This document shows, piece by piece, positions 27,661 to 41,009 of a stretch of 64,000 nucleotides of DNA. The notes beneath the pieces are model-generated. The model made no database searches and had not been told where the DNA came from. It worked only from the letters and a program-made list of their open reading frames with translations. How positions within the stretch are numbered: position 1 is the first letter of the stretch; each line of letters begins with the position of its first letter. The stretch is from Octopus vulgaris (taxonomy: Eukaryota), in assembly GCA_951406725.2 (NCBI GenBank), contig OX597833.1:57226001-57290000 (forward strand), in the 5' to 3' direction. The position numbers and the translations under genes were made by a program.

Positions 27661-28992
27661 TATGACACTTTGGGCGGGTGTCTTCTACTGTTACTGTAGC
27701 CCTGTACTTTGAGTGGATTTAGTAATTGGAAAATGAAAGAAGCTTGTCAAAATACACTTTCACTCTCCCCAAACACACACACAGACACACACACATACAA
27801 ATGTATACAGACACAGAACCAAAAGAAAGGAAGCCACACCTCAACGAGAAAGGGAAATGTAACTCATTGCTACCCCACCACCGTTCTTCTTGTTACAATC
27901 ATAATACAATCTCCCTCTCACTCCAGCACAATCTCATGTACACCAACTACTAATTCCTACAAAAATATATATATTCCTTCCTCCCCAATACACAAACACT
28001 TCAGATATAACAGCAACAACATACTTCCTGGTCAAAATATAAACATAAACTACACACACACACCACCTCTACAAAAATAACAAAAAACCAACATTTCTTA
28101 GACAAACTACATACATATATATAATAAATGAACACACATGCCTACAAGTATCAGATACACAACATCCCACTAATAACATAAGCACACATTCTCTTCACAC
28201 GTTTCTCTCTCTCCCACACAATTATTTCCTGTATAAAAGAGAGTGACAAAACCCAGGTGGAGCTGCTCCTCAACAGACAAAGATCTGAACACAACTACTT
28301 TAGCAAGTTTAGAAAGCAAAAAAAAAAAAAAAAAAAAAAAAATCACTCAATGACAAACAACAAAATATCTGAAAGAGGTGGAGGGTGCAGGATGTGATGG
28401 TAGGAGGAAGAGTGCTTAGCAGTATTTCGGCTGTCGTTACGTTCCGAGTTCAAATTCCGCCGAGGTCGACTTTGTCTTTCATCCTTTCAGAGGGGGGGGG
28501 GGTCGATAAATTAAGTACCAGTTATGCACTGGGGTCGATGTAATCGACTTAATCCGTTTGTCTCCTCTGTGTTTAGCCCCTTGTGGGTAGTAAAGAAATA
28601 GGTAGGAGGAAGAGTGTTACTATGGCAGAAATTGTGTTGGATGAAATTCACACCACCACCACCGTCTTGAAAACCATCTTTAGTTCTATATTTATTTCTC
28701 ATCCTCTCTTTGAGACTAAACAATGTTAACAGGTAGCGCCGACAACAGTTCTCTTCTATTCTATTCTCTTGGTCACTTGATCAACCAGAAAATAAGTCGT
28801 CAAATCTCCCTCAAACCACAACCTACAGTCTGAGGAAAATGATACTGGAAAATGTGACCCTCAAGTTCCCAACATCTGGGGAGGGGGTAAATAAAAATGA
28901 GAATCCAAATGGTCATGCATCGGATGTCTTTGATCGTGGGTATGACTGCTTGAACAGGGCTGACCAGAGGCTAAACACCAACTGCAACATCA

Positions 28993-29344
28993 GTGGAGGT
29001 GCAATGGCCCAGTGGTTAGGGCAGCGGACTCACGGTCGGAGGATCGTGGTTTCAATTCCCAGACCGGGCATTGTATGTGTTTATTGAGCAAAAACACCTA
29101 AAGCTCCACGAGGCTGTGGCAGGGGGTGGTGGCGACCCCTGTTGTACTCTTTCGCCCTAACTTTCTCTCACTCATTCTTCCTGTTTCTTGTCCCCGACTT
29201 CCTATGCAACTGCTGAGCCTGGATGCGCATTCATCCATCTGTTGATGCTCTCGGTGTCGGGGGTTGACCTGCTTTCTCTTCTGCAGGTCTTACAAATAGC
29301 AAAGGACCACATTTCGGTCCGCTCAGACTGTACTGCTCAACAGT
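28993..29344 (+). mobile_element. tRNA-derived SINE, family 4
   Basis: A-box TGGCCCAGTGG, B-box-like GGTTTCAATTCC, and the 13-bp TSD aactgcaacatca. Confidence 0.85.
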
Positions 29345-29464
29345 AACTGCAACATCAACAAGAATACCAAAGCAGTTGAGTCGATGAAGGAAGCATCATT
29401 GCAGTCACTTGCACTGCAAGAAAAAACAGCCAAATTTCCCTCCACTTGCACTTTGCTGCTTTAA

Positions 29465-29683
29465 CCCTTTAGTGTTCAGATTATTCTATCAAACATAATG
29501 CTTATTGATTCCCATTGATTTGAATTAATCATGCATTATCTCATATCTTCAAGATCTTGATGGTGTAATTACTTCATGTAGAATAACATTGTAGGGTAGG
29601 TGTGAGAGCCTGGATCTGGTCAGTTTGAGCATAAAACAGATTAACTATTTTGGCCGGATATGGCCAGTTTAAATACTAAAGGG
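29465..29683. mobile_element. piggyBac-like MITE
   Basis: TTAA-CCCTTTAG...CTAAAGGG-TTAA; homologous to 49657-49876. Confidence 0.8.
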
Positions 29684-30470
29684 TTAAATAAGGAAAGGGG
29701 GATATGAGATAATGCAGTCGTAGAAACCTCTGAAGCAACAACAACAACAATGCAGCCACCACCAACGCCGCCACTGCCGATGACAATGCTCCCACTGTCC
29801 CCACCACTGTTGTTACATGATGAATCATGGTAATGAGAAATCCTTCATAAATTTACTCAAGCTGCAAGAAAAACAGCAGCCAAGTTTCCAACCCCCTTTT
29901 TGATGCCAACACACCCTGAAACGGCTTCTGGTTCTATGATATAAACTTCCTGTTTTTAAGTAATCTAAAAATCTTCCACCAAAATTTCATGCTAACTCGG
30001 GTTCCAAATACTAACTTTAAAAAGGTTATTTAACTAAATTTTACTTTCATCATCATCATCGTCATCGTTTAACGTCTGCTTTCCATGCTAGCATGGGTTG
30101 GACGATTTTGACCGAGGGCTGGTGAACCAGATGGCTGCACCAGGCTCCAATCTTGATTTGGCAGAGTTTCTACAGCTGGATGCCCTTCCTAATGCCAACC
30201 ACACCGAGAGTGTAGTGGGTGCTTTTTAAGTGCCACCGGCACGGGCGCCAGTCAGACGGTACTGGCAATGACCTCGCTCGAATCCTTTTACACATGCCAC
30301 TAGCACAGGTACTACTAAGGCGACCAAAATGAATAGAAACAAAAAAATATGCTTAAAAAGGGTTAAATCACACTTTAGTAGTCATAAAAGAAAGAACACA
30401 CTTGATGCTAGAATCTTAGATATAATACACCCTGTTTAACTGTTTTGATACCAACCTACCCAAGGGTACC

Positions 30471-30880
30471 CTCTTTTACTCTTTTACATGTTTCAGTCAT
30501 TTGATTGGCCATGCTGGAGCACCGCCTTTAGTCGAGCAAATCGACCCCGGGACTTATTCTTTGTAAGCCCAGTACTTATTCTATCGGTCTCTTTTGCCGA
30601 ACCGCTAAGTTACGGGAACGTAAACACACTAGCATCGGTTGTCAAGCAATGCTAGGGGGACAAACACAGACACACAAACATATACACACACAAACATATA
30701 TATATATACACATATACGACAGGCTTCTTTCAGTTTCTGTCTACCAAATCCACTCATAAGGCATCGGTCGGCCCAGGGCTATAAGCAGAAGACACTTGCC
30801 CAAGATGCCACGCAGTGGGACTGAACCCGGAACCATGTGGTTGGTTAGCAAGCTACTTACCAAACAGCCACTCCTGCGCC
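30471..30880 (-). mobile_element. CORE-like SINE, family 1
   Basis: Full-length match. Confidence 0.85.
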
Positions 30881-31195
30881 TATGATATTTAGTTCAATGA
30901 TATTTCATGTTCAAAAGTGATCTAAATGGAAACCTTCAATCAAAATTTCTTGTTAATTTATGTTCCAAATGTTAGCTTTCACAGCTGATAACCGAGTTAT
31001 TTTATTTAAATTCTTCAGTATTTCCAAAATTAATTTAAACAAAAGCTGTGTATTTCAACAGAAATACGGCAAACAAAAGGTTTAAAACCATACTTTTAAC
31101 AGTCTTTAAATAGAAGGCAGAACAAATGCACTGCCATCATCCTTGGATACAATATAAACTGAAATGAAAGACAATTCGTTCCTTTTGACCATAAA

Positions 31196-31565
31196 TCTCT
31201 CTATATATAAACGGCAGTTTGTCTGTGTGTGTTTCTGTGTGTCTGTTAGGTTGTACCCTCACCCTGACCACGGCTTTCAACCGATTCTGATGAAACTTGA
31301 CACACACATAGCCCAATGTCATAATTCAAAACTAACGCAGCGAAAATTTTGAAAAGTTCCCCCAGTTCTGAAAAAAATCGATAAATTCGACATGGGGTCG
31401 AGAATCAGAAACACAAACCACAGACTGTCTAGGGGACGCAACTCGACCTTTTTAACTAAAAAAAATTTACCATAATTTTTTTCCCATTTTTTGGCTATAA
31501 CTCTCTAAAAATGCTTTATAGTTATTTCCCTTACAAACCCGAGCAACGCCGGGCGATACTGCTAG
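31196..31565 (+). mobile_element. Non-autonomous Helitron
   Basis: A|TCTCTCTATATATAAA...CCCGAGCAACGCCGGGCGATACTGCTAG|T. Confidence 0.88.
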
Positions 31566-31868
31566 TTTGCTATAAAACAATTAACTGAAACAAAAGCTAT
31601 GTATTTTAACAGAAATCTGGTAACAAAAGGTCTAAGCAGCAACACCATACATTCATTATATAGGGAAAAGAACGAAGCAGAAGACATTGTGTTAATATTG
31701 CTAATGACCTTTATCTTTCAGAAGGCCATTAACACCGTAAGTGAATTGAATAGGTTTCCTTCAAGGATTTAAAACTAGTCAATAGTTTCAGTTTAACCTT
31801 AGATGCTTGATTTACCAATTCTTATACAGCATCTCTTATCGATAATACTTTATCATTATTATCATATA

Positions 31869-32273
31869 CTAGCAGTATCGCCCGGCGTTGCTCGGGTTTG
31901 TAAGGGAAATAACAATATAAGCATTTTTAGAGATGTAAAGTATAATAGCCATCTCAATATGGCTAACCACAAAGGGGGGATGGGGTGTTACTGTAGCTTT
32001 TTACGTTCTGAGATTTAATAATACATTTTTAGAGAGTTACTTCCCTTATATAATAGCAAAAAAAATGCATTAAAAATCGGAAAAAATTATGGTAAATTTT
32101 TTTTTAAATTGTAGACTCATCGTAGACGCGTGCTAATACCCAGAAGGGCTCGATATGAATCACGACTATAAGATACCCGCTTTTGGTTACACTGCACCGC
32201 AAAATGTGGGAGTAGTTAGGAATCTAAATCGTAGGAGACAGACAGCACACAACTTCACTTTTATATATAAAGA
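31869..32273 (-). mobile_element. Non-autonomous Helitron, second subfamily
   Basis: Same 3' hairpin and CTAG end, 5' TCTTTATATATAAA, but a different interior. Confidence 0.82.
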
Positions 32274-34873
32274 TTATTTATGTCTGTTTTCTATGCTGGC
32301 ATGGGTTGGACAGTTTGAGAGGCATGGGTTGGACAGTTTGAGAGGCGTTGGTAAGAACACAGAGAATTTATAATGAGATTGTGTTAAAAAAAAAAAGGGG
32401 TGGGTGGGTGGGAGATTCGACAGAGACACAAAAATAATAATTAGAACTAAATGACAAAGAGATTGCTTCCAGTCTTTACCTCAAGAGGCAGCCGTTCTTG
32501 CTAAGAAGTTTAAAGCTTTTGAAACATCATTAGCCTGTTTTTTTACCCTCTTGTTTTCTCTCTCGTTTTCATTTACTTTTTTTATTTTCCTCTAATCTGT
32601 ACAAAATCCATTCGTTTCATTTTCTCAATTGTTAACACCGATCAACCAATACACAGTGTCGAATGAAAATCTCCAATGTCTACATCTGTTAGATAACAAA
32701 CACATAACACCAATGCCCGGGGAAATGTTGCCTTAAGGAACAGTAAAAGTTCCCAGTACTTCTCAGTAAAATAATAATAATCATACTGTATATATATATA
32801 TATATATATAATGTCTGAAAGGAGAGAGGGGGAGACAATGTCTTATGCTGTAGCCCCCCCCCCCCAAATGACCAAATCCTTGAGAGTGGATTTGGTTGAT
32901 GAAAATTGAAGAAGGCCTCTGTGTGTGTGTGTGTGTGTGTCGTCTTGACAGCATGTGATGGTTATGAATGATTGTCTCTGTCTTTCAAAGGTGCCACACA
33001 GAGGGAGTGAATATGAAACCATGTGGTTGGGAAGCGAATTTCTTACCACTCGGCAATACCTGCTTCCACCTTTCTACATATGTGTGTGTGAGAGAGAGAG
33101 AGGGGGGGAAGGAAGCGAGAGAGGGGAAAGAGGAGAGAGAGAGAGAGAGAGAGAGATGCAATATCAACTAATTTCTTGTCCTCTATGTCTATCTCTGATA
33201 CATATGTTTTTATTACACACACACACACACCTAGAACTAATAATGGAGTGGGTGAAGCAATAAAAACACAGTCACCTGTCAACAAGGACTCCCTGGTGTC
33301 CAGGTGGAGCAGTTGATAAAACAACGGGGTGGGGTAGGGATTCTCATAATAACAGCAACAACCACCACACAAAGACAGACAGACATGAACAAACAGCAGA
33401 CCTCACTGGTAACCCTTTGTGTAACCATTGTATAGAAACACACTCCCCAGGACAGAACAGGATTTTTTTATACTCTAGGAACCAACGATGGAGATTCTAT
33501 GTGGTTGCTTAATCCTGCTAGGTATAGCAGCAAAATTTCCTTCAAATTCACACCTTGAAGTCTTGCAAAACAAGCTACACGACAAAGGGATTCAAGATAT
33601 ATTGTGTGTGGGGAGAAACTACCTAAAAAAAAAAAGACAAGAAAAATGATGAGATGGTCACATCTGGAATGTCATTTGATTATGGGTCTATTTGATCAGA
33701 GCTGATCAAGAGTTAAATAACAACATGCTGCTTTACTCTACAAGCCAATGAGAGAGAGTATTTTAGTTTAGAAACATCAGCCAAATCTTCCTTTTATCAG
33801 ATCATACTATCTTTAAGGACTTAAAGATGAGACTGGAGGAGGGGGTAAAAAAAAGGATGGATTGCTTTGAAGCATACAGGTGCATTTTCTCAGGGACGAC
33901 CAAGAACTAAACAACAACAAGTTGCCAAATCCCTTTTTACAAACTAAATCAGGAACTGCTTCTACTACTGTGGTTGCACTTTCGTGCTTTCTTCAAAAAC
34001 CTCAACCAAAGAACTACGTCTTTAACCATACTCACAGAACTTTATTTTAAACAACAAGTTCCACGGTATTATTTCAATTGATGGTAGTCGTCACAAACAG
34101 GTAGGTACATGTGAAATTTTATTTATTTTATTTTAGCCTTTTTGCTATTGGTTTCATTCACCAGATTTAACCAGGTGTTTCTTCTCTCCTAGCACTCTTG
34201 TTCAGTTTTCAACAAAAAAGCCCTTTGCAATCACCTATCTCTCCCCTGCTTTCTTCTAAAACCTATCCTTATTAAAGCAAATCACTTATATAACTTAATC
34301 TACTGCACATGTAACCATTAGTTAGCAGCTTACTTCTGAGCTTGGCATTTTCTCTTCTGTTTACATACAGAACTGGATTACTCCAGATTATTCCACAAGG
34401 CTCCTTCTATGAATTTTTAATTACACGCAAGCTAGATTAGTTTCAGATTACTGGAAATTTCTTTAGATTAAAAGCTCTATAAAAAAAAAAAAATTTTAAA
34501 AAACCCACCAGTGGGGGAAACTTTTTGAAGAGGGGAGTATTAAAATAGCTGTCCCTCATGTGAAATGAAAAGGGGACGGAAGGGTTGGGGGGTGGAGTGG
34601 GAGACAGAAATGCAAACTGCCAGAGGTTTTGAGAAGAAATCTTTTTCACAATTGGAAATATCAGGGATACTTAACTAAATAAATAGAACTACCCTATTCC
34701 TTTTCCATGAGGTGTGAGGACTTCAAAAGAACCTGAGACTGCCCCTGGTTATGATGCAATCGTTGGTGGTAGCTTTGTCTTGTATCTAAGAATTTAGTTT
34801 TCCTTTTGTTGAATGCTTCCTTTATGGTGATGGCATTGAGGACTAAGTAGACCAATTCTTGTATAGAAGAGTT

Positions 34874-35034
34874 GATGATCCTTCGGTATAGATACCGGCT
34901 TTGGTTTACATTTGTGAAGATAGCAGAAACCCTTTTCTCCCACCCCTAACCCTAATCCTGAACTCCCATATATATAAAAAAACACTTTCTTGAAATGTAT
35001 CCGGTACTTCCGGTACCTATACCGAAGTTACGCC
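34874..35034. mobile_element. MITE related to the GGATC family
   Basis: Inverted cttcggtatagataccgg / ccggtacctataccgaag; flanking direct repeat gaagagtt; internal cccctaaccctaa. Confidence 0.7.
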
Positions 35035-36865
35035 GAAGAGTTGATGGCATTTCACAATACAAACTTCCTATTCGTATCATATTAAGCCTTCTGTTAAAAT
35101 TTCATGTTATTTTATGGTCTAAGCAACAGCTTCATAGCACAGTGATACCTTGCAGTATGAGAGTCTAATTCGTTCCATGACCAAGCTTGTCTTACAGTTT
35201 GCTCACCTTACAATTTATTCGTTTTACAAATTAATTTTCCCCATTGAAATTAACTAAAATACAATTAATCTGTTCCTGCCCCACCCAAACCACTCAAAAA
35301 TAATTTTTGGGGGGTTTTAAAACAGAAAAGGTGTAGTTATAAGTAAAATGACAATTATGAAAAAGAGAATGCAAAAGAAATATGTAAACTGGTTTCAGTC
35401 AGGTTGGTATCGAAAGGGTTAATTTATTGATCCAAAAAGGATGAAAGGTGAAGTTGACTTCAGTGGAATTTGAACTCAAATTGTGCAGAGAGACAAAATA
35501 CTGCTAAGCATTTCGCCTGGCATGCTAATGATTCTGCCAATTCACCGCTTTATCCAACAGCTTATTAACGACAAAAGTTGTTTAGCTTAATTTTTCTTCA
35601 TTAGTTACAAAATTAATTAATTAAATGTGGACAGTGTATTTCAAAAGAAATATGGTAATAAAAAGGGGATAAACCTATTTCAAGGGAGATTTTACTGTTA
35701 TTTTTAGCAGGTCTAATAAGCATGTAAGGAGCACCTTTGTTGGATCATCTGAAGTGGTCATTTCAGATGAAACCAGATGTGTGACATGGACCGACCATTC
35801 AACTGTGGAAAGCATTGGAGCATCAAAGAGTGACAATCACAAGTTTGGGGTGTAGGGGGACAGTGGCGTTTCAGACATCAATGATCTTGTGAGGTTACAA
35901 TTTCCTCTCTTCCTGTACTTGGTCAAGGGTAAGAGGTGGGGAAAAAGAGGTAAAGTGTATGGGGAAAGGTGAGATGGAGAGGAAGGGAGGGAAAGAGAGA
36001 GAGAGAGAGTGTGTGTGTGTGTGTGTGAAAAATAAGAATAGGTTGAATCTGATAGAGCGAGATAGTAAGGATATATGTACATAAGGATGATGACGGCAAT
36101 GATGATGATGGTGATGATGACAATGATAATGATGGTGATGATGACGATGGTGATGCTGGTGTGTGTGTATCTGTGTAGTGGCTAGTATATCTGCAAATAT
36201 GTCTTTGTTGAAGAGGAAAAGTGTATGATGATAGAGAATATTGTGTGTGAGAGAGTGACAGGGAAATTTCTGTTCAAAGAAATTATGCCTGGGAAACCAG
36301 AAGTTTGGACATAGAAACAGTAACAATGTCAGTGTATATATGGTAAAGGGCCAGGAAGAGGAGGAGAAACTACAAAACATAAGATACCAAACCATGTACA
36401 CAAAATCATAAAAAATTCCTTTTTGCCCCTCCCCACACAGAAAATAAAAGGAAATTACACACACATTCACACTACCACACCACACAAACACAAAAGAAAA
36501 AAAACTATTGCCTCCCTAACACACATATACAAAGAAAAAGACACAAAAGCTCCTGGTTACAATGTCAATTTTACAAATACTAGATGAATAGCAGAGACTA
36601 AGGACTGTGAAATGTGTGTGTGTGTGTGGGGGTGGGGGGGTGGAGCAGGAGAAGGTGGTATATAATAAGGTGGAGATTGAAAACAAAATAGAAGGAAAAA
36701 AAGGAAAGAAAACAAGAAACAGCAGAATCAAAATAATAGAATTATAGAAAAACAAGAATAACCATTTTTTTTTTCACACACAACTAGAACAGGTACAGTA
36801 ACAACAATAATAAATCCTTGAGAAAATGAGGGGTTGTTGTTGTTGGTATTATTATTATTATTATT

Positions 36866-37122
36866 ATTCTTTTACTTGTTTCAGTCATTTGACTGTGGCC
36901 ATGCTGGAGTACTGCCTTTAGTCAACCATATCGACCCCCAGGACTTATCTTTTTTAAGCTTAGTACTTATTCTATTGGTCTCTTTCGCCGAACTGCTTTT
37001 GTAAGCCTAGTACTCATTCTATTGGTCTCTTTTGCCAAACCGCTAAGTTATGGGGATGTAAACACACCAGCATCGGTTGTCAAGCGATGTGGGGGGGGGG
37101 ACAAACACAGACACACAAACAT

Positions 37123-37157
<35 letters not shown>

Positions 37158-37235
37158 CACATACATACAATGGGCTTCTTTCAGTTTCCGTCTACCAAAT
37201 CCACTCACAAGGCTTTGGTTGGCCCGAGGCTATAG
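36866..37235 (-). mobile_element. CORE-like SINE, family 1 (truncated)
   Basis: Match to the family. Confidence 0.8.
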
Positions 37236-37735
37236 TTTCCCTTCCCCTCAAAAACTGCTGTCCGTGCACCAAAATTGAAACCATTATTAATATTATTAAC
37301 GGGGACGACTTTGCTTTCCGTTGCAGTCAAATATTAGGGATAACATAATCCTCAATATATATACTCTTACGCCAAAATATATGCCTAAAATCATCATCAT
37401 CATCATTGTTGTCGTGGTTGTCGTTATTATGGTTCTCGTTAACTTTATTGATTAATATATAATCAAGCAGGATTGTGTTGCCATTCCTGTCTCCAAGAAG
37501 CTGACAACAATGGCAGAAAACTTGAGCTAAGATAATATCTTGCCAGATTTTCCAATAATATATTTATCAAAGACCACAATCTCCATTCTTCAAACGGTGC
37601 TGCATAATGAACTCACTCTCTCTCTCTCTGTCTCTCTCTTTCTCTGGCGATGCATGTAATTGTGCAGTTGCTAATGTGTACTGGTGCATAGAGCAGTGTA
37701 GCTGTGAAGGTTTTGTGTTTATTATGCATTACTGG

Positions 37736-37784
<49 letters not shown>

Positions 37785-38078
37785 TAGTAATAGTAGTAGT
37801 AATAATAGTAATAGTAATAATAATAATAATAATAATAAATAACAATAATAATAATAACAATAATAATAGTAGTAATAGTAGTAGTAGTAGTAGTAATAAT
37901 AATAATAATAATAGTAATAGTAATAGTAATAATAGTAATAGTTATAGTAATAATAGTAATAGTAATAATAATAATAGTAATAATAATAATAATAATAGTA
38001 GTAATAATATTAATAATAATAGTAGTAATAATAATAATAATAGTAGTAGTAATAATAATAATAATGATAATAATAATA

Positions 38079-38117
<39 letters not shown>

Positions 38118-38141
38118 GTAATAATAACAATAATAATAATA
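37736..38141. repeat. (AAT)n/(AGT)n trinucleotide tract
   Basis: Directly visible. Confidence 0.95.
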
Positions 38142-38535
38142 AAAATATCAATTTCGTTGGACAAAATCCAACATCAATTTATATATTAGTTGACTAAATC
38201 AATCTGTTTGTTGTTGTTGTTGTTGTTGCTGTTTAAGCCCCCAAGTTAGCCCCGATTGAGTTGAGTTGACTAATGATCAAAGACATGGCAGATATGACCA
38301 TTCTGTCATATTAAGTGGTGTGGTACACTACATTATCTAATGTATCCTTATTCGAGAAAATAATAATAATAATGATAATAATAATAATAACAATTTTGGA
38401 TTGGATTGTTTGTGTTCAGTCCACTATAGCAGTGTTCCGCAACTGTTTTTCACTTGCGGTACACTTATATCCTTTTCAAAATTCGGTGCCACACCTGGAC
38501 GAAAAATATAAGAAAAAGTATAGGGGAAAAAAATT

Positions 38536-38697
38536 ACAGGAGTGGCTGTGTGGTAAGTAGCTTGCTTACCAACCACATGGTTCCCAGTTCAGCCCCACTG
38601 CATGGCACTTTGGGCAAGTATCTTCTACTATAGCCTCGGGCCGACCAAAGCCTTGTGAGTGGATTTGGTAGACGGAAACTGAAAGAAGCCCATCATA

Positions 38698-38742
<45 letters not shown>

Positions 38743-38961
38743 GTGTGCGTGTGTATGTTTGTGTGTCTGTGCTTGTCCCCCTAGCATTGCTTGACAACCG
38801 ATGCTGGTGTGTTTATGTCCCCGTAACTTAGCGGTTCGGCAAAAGAGACCGATAGAATAAGTACTGGGCTTACAAAAGAATAAGTCCCGGGGTCGAGTTG
38901 CTCGACTAAAGGCGGTGCTCCAGCATGGCCACAGTCAAATGACTGAAACAAGTAAAAGAGT
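38536..38961 (+). mobile_element. CORE-like SINE, family 1
   Basis: Head caggagtggctgtgtggtaag, tail gtaaaagagta. Confidence 0.85.
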
Positions 38962-39929
38962 AATCAGGTTACACTGCGACACACCTAGCATCATCTTACG
39001 GTATGCCAGAGTGCTGCAGCATACTGGTAGCAGACCACTGCACTATAGAGCACAAAGGCCTTAGCATGCTCTCTCAAACCAGAGAATGGCTTGAGATCAT
39101 ACTGGTTTGATGAGCCTGCTCTGCTACAATGGTTCAACATGTCCAACCAGACTAACCCACTTCATGAAGATGAAATACTCAACAACCCTCCTACAATCCA
39201 AATAATCTTTCTGAAAGAGGAAACCACTACTTGATCAATACAACTGCAAATCATCATCATTGTTGTCATCATTTTATGTCCACACTGACATGGATTGTTT
39301 AGGCCATCACATTGAATGTCAAATCTTATTCTTATGCCCTCCTTGGACAAGCCAGAGTGCCACGTCTCATTCACACATTATATTTTGGCTTGGTTTCTAT
39401 GGCAGTATGCCCTTCCTATCACCAACCACTTTATAGAGTGAGATGTGTGCTACATTTTATTGTGGCACTAGCACTGGGCCCTTTTAGCCTTCAGAATACT
39501 CTGCAAAAAAAATAATAATCCTTATTTATTCACATTGCTTTGAATTTATCCTGCATTATCTCATAGCTTCAAGATCTCAATGATGTGATTGTTTATGCTT
39601 AGAACAACACTGTAGGATATGTGTGAGAGGTTGGATCTGGTCAGTTTGAACAAAACATAGGCAGAATAACTTGGCTGGATATGGCTGGTTTAAATACTGA
39701 GGCGCTAGAGAGGGAGCCATATCCTTAGCAAGATATAAGAGCTCCCCCTCCCAATCTGAGATTATTTCAGCCTTTCTATTTCTCAACTCCTTTAGAGTGT
39801 GAACAGGGTGTGTTTATTGTGACACCGGTGAGCCGATCCTATGTGTTTGTTACCCTCATTGGGTCAAAGAAGGTAAAAAAAAATGAGAATGGTGGTCATG
39901 ACAGTAAACCCTTTTCCTGCAGGCCACAT

Positions 39930-40510
39930 TCATCATCATCATCGTTTAACATCCGCTTTCCATGCTAGCATGGGTTGGATGATTTTGACTGAGGACTGGC
40001 AAACCAGATGGCTGCACCAGGCTCCAATCTTGATCTGGCAGAATTTCTATAGCTGGATGCCCTTCCTAATGCCAACCACTCCGAGAGTGTAGTGGGTGCT
40101 TTTACATGCCACCGGCATGGGGGCCAGTCAGGCGGCACTGGCAATGACCTCGCTCGAATATTTTTACACATGCCACTGGCACAGGTGTCAGTAAGGCGAT
40201 GTTGGTAATGATCATGCTTGAATGGTGCCCTTTTACGTGCCACGGTACAGGGGCCAGTCAGGCAGTACTGGTAATGACCTCGCTCGAATCTTTTTACACA
40301 TGCCACCAGCACAGGTGCCAGTAAGGCGACGTTGGTAAAGATCATGCTCAAATGGTGCCCTTTTACGTACCACGGTACAGGGGCCAGTCAGGCGGTACTG
40401 GCAATGACCTTGTTCGAATCTTTTTACACATGCCACCAGCACAGGGGCCAGTAAGGTGACATTGGTAACGATCATGCTCGAATGGTGCCCTTTTACGTGC
40501 CACCGGCACG
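39930..40510 (-). mobile_element. Family-3 repeat with ~120-bp dimeric tandem units
   Basis: Same end as the 26742 copy; repeated ggggccagtcaggcgg...gcacaggtgccagtaagg. Confidence 0.7.
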
Positions 40511-40788
40511 TAGCAAGACGAGCACATTTGATAATGTGAACTGAGATACATTATGCCTGATGGCGGAATGCTTTTATTTATAGTTTTCTTCAGTCAGTGC
40601 TGACTTAAGCTGACTAAATGACAATTCAATATGTTATAAAATTCCTCCTCTGAAATAGGGAGAAAGTGTGTGTGTACATGTGCATGCGTGTGTGCATGCA
40701 TGTATAAATATCTGAATGCCTACACATGAAATAAACAAATATGAAAGACAAAAATAATAGCTGGGTTTTGAAACAGATGCCCTTTTAA

Positions 40789-41009
40789 CCCTTTCGTTAC
40801 TGTATTTATTTTGAGATGTTCTGTGTTTCTCTTAATTATTTTAGATATAACAAAGAATTTAGGAAAATAATTTAGTTATCATTAAGCTAGTGTTAGGAAC
40901 ATAAATTATGACTAAGGTTTGGTGGAAGATTTTTATTCAAAACTTATGAAAACAAGACATTTGTACTACAGAGCCAGAGGCGGTTTCAGCCGGGTTGGTA
41001 ACGAAAGGG
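40789..41009. mobile_element. piggyBac-like MITE, second family
   Basis: TTAA-CCCTTTCGTTAC...GTAACGAAAGGG-TTAA. Confidence 0.85.

Noticed and set aside
29700-29805. Minus-strand TM-like peptide VVGTVGALSSAVAALVVAALLLLLLQRFLR as the missing TM exon
   Set aside because: It derives from decayed (CAA)/(CCA) repeats between old repeat fragments, with a weak acceptor and no good donor.
37607-38197. Poly-N/I/L ORFs; also the K/E/R-rich ORF at 48363
   Set aside because: Trinucleotide repeat tracts with no splice or domain evidence.
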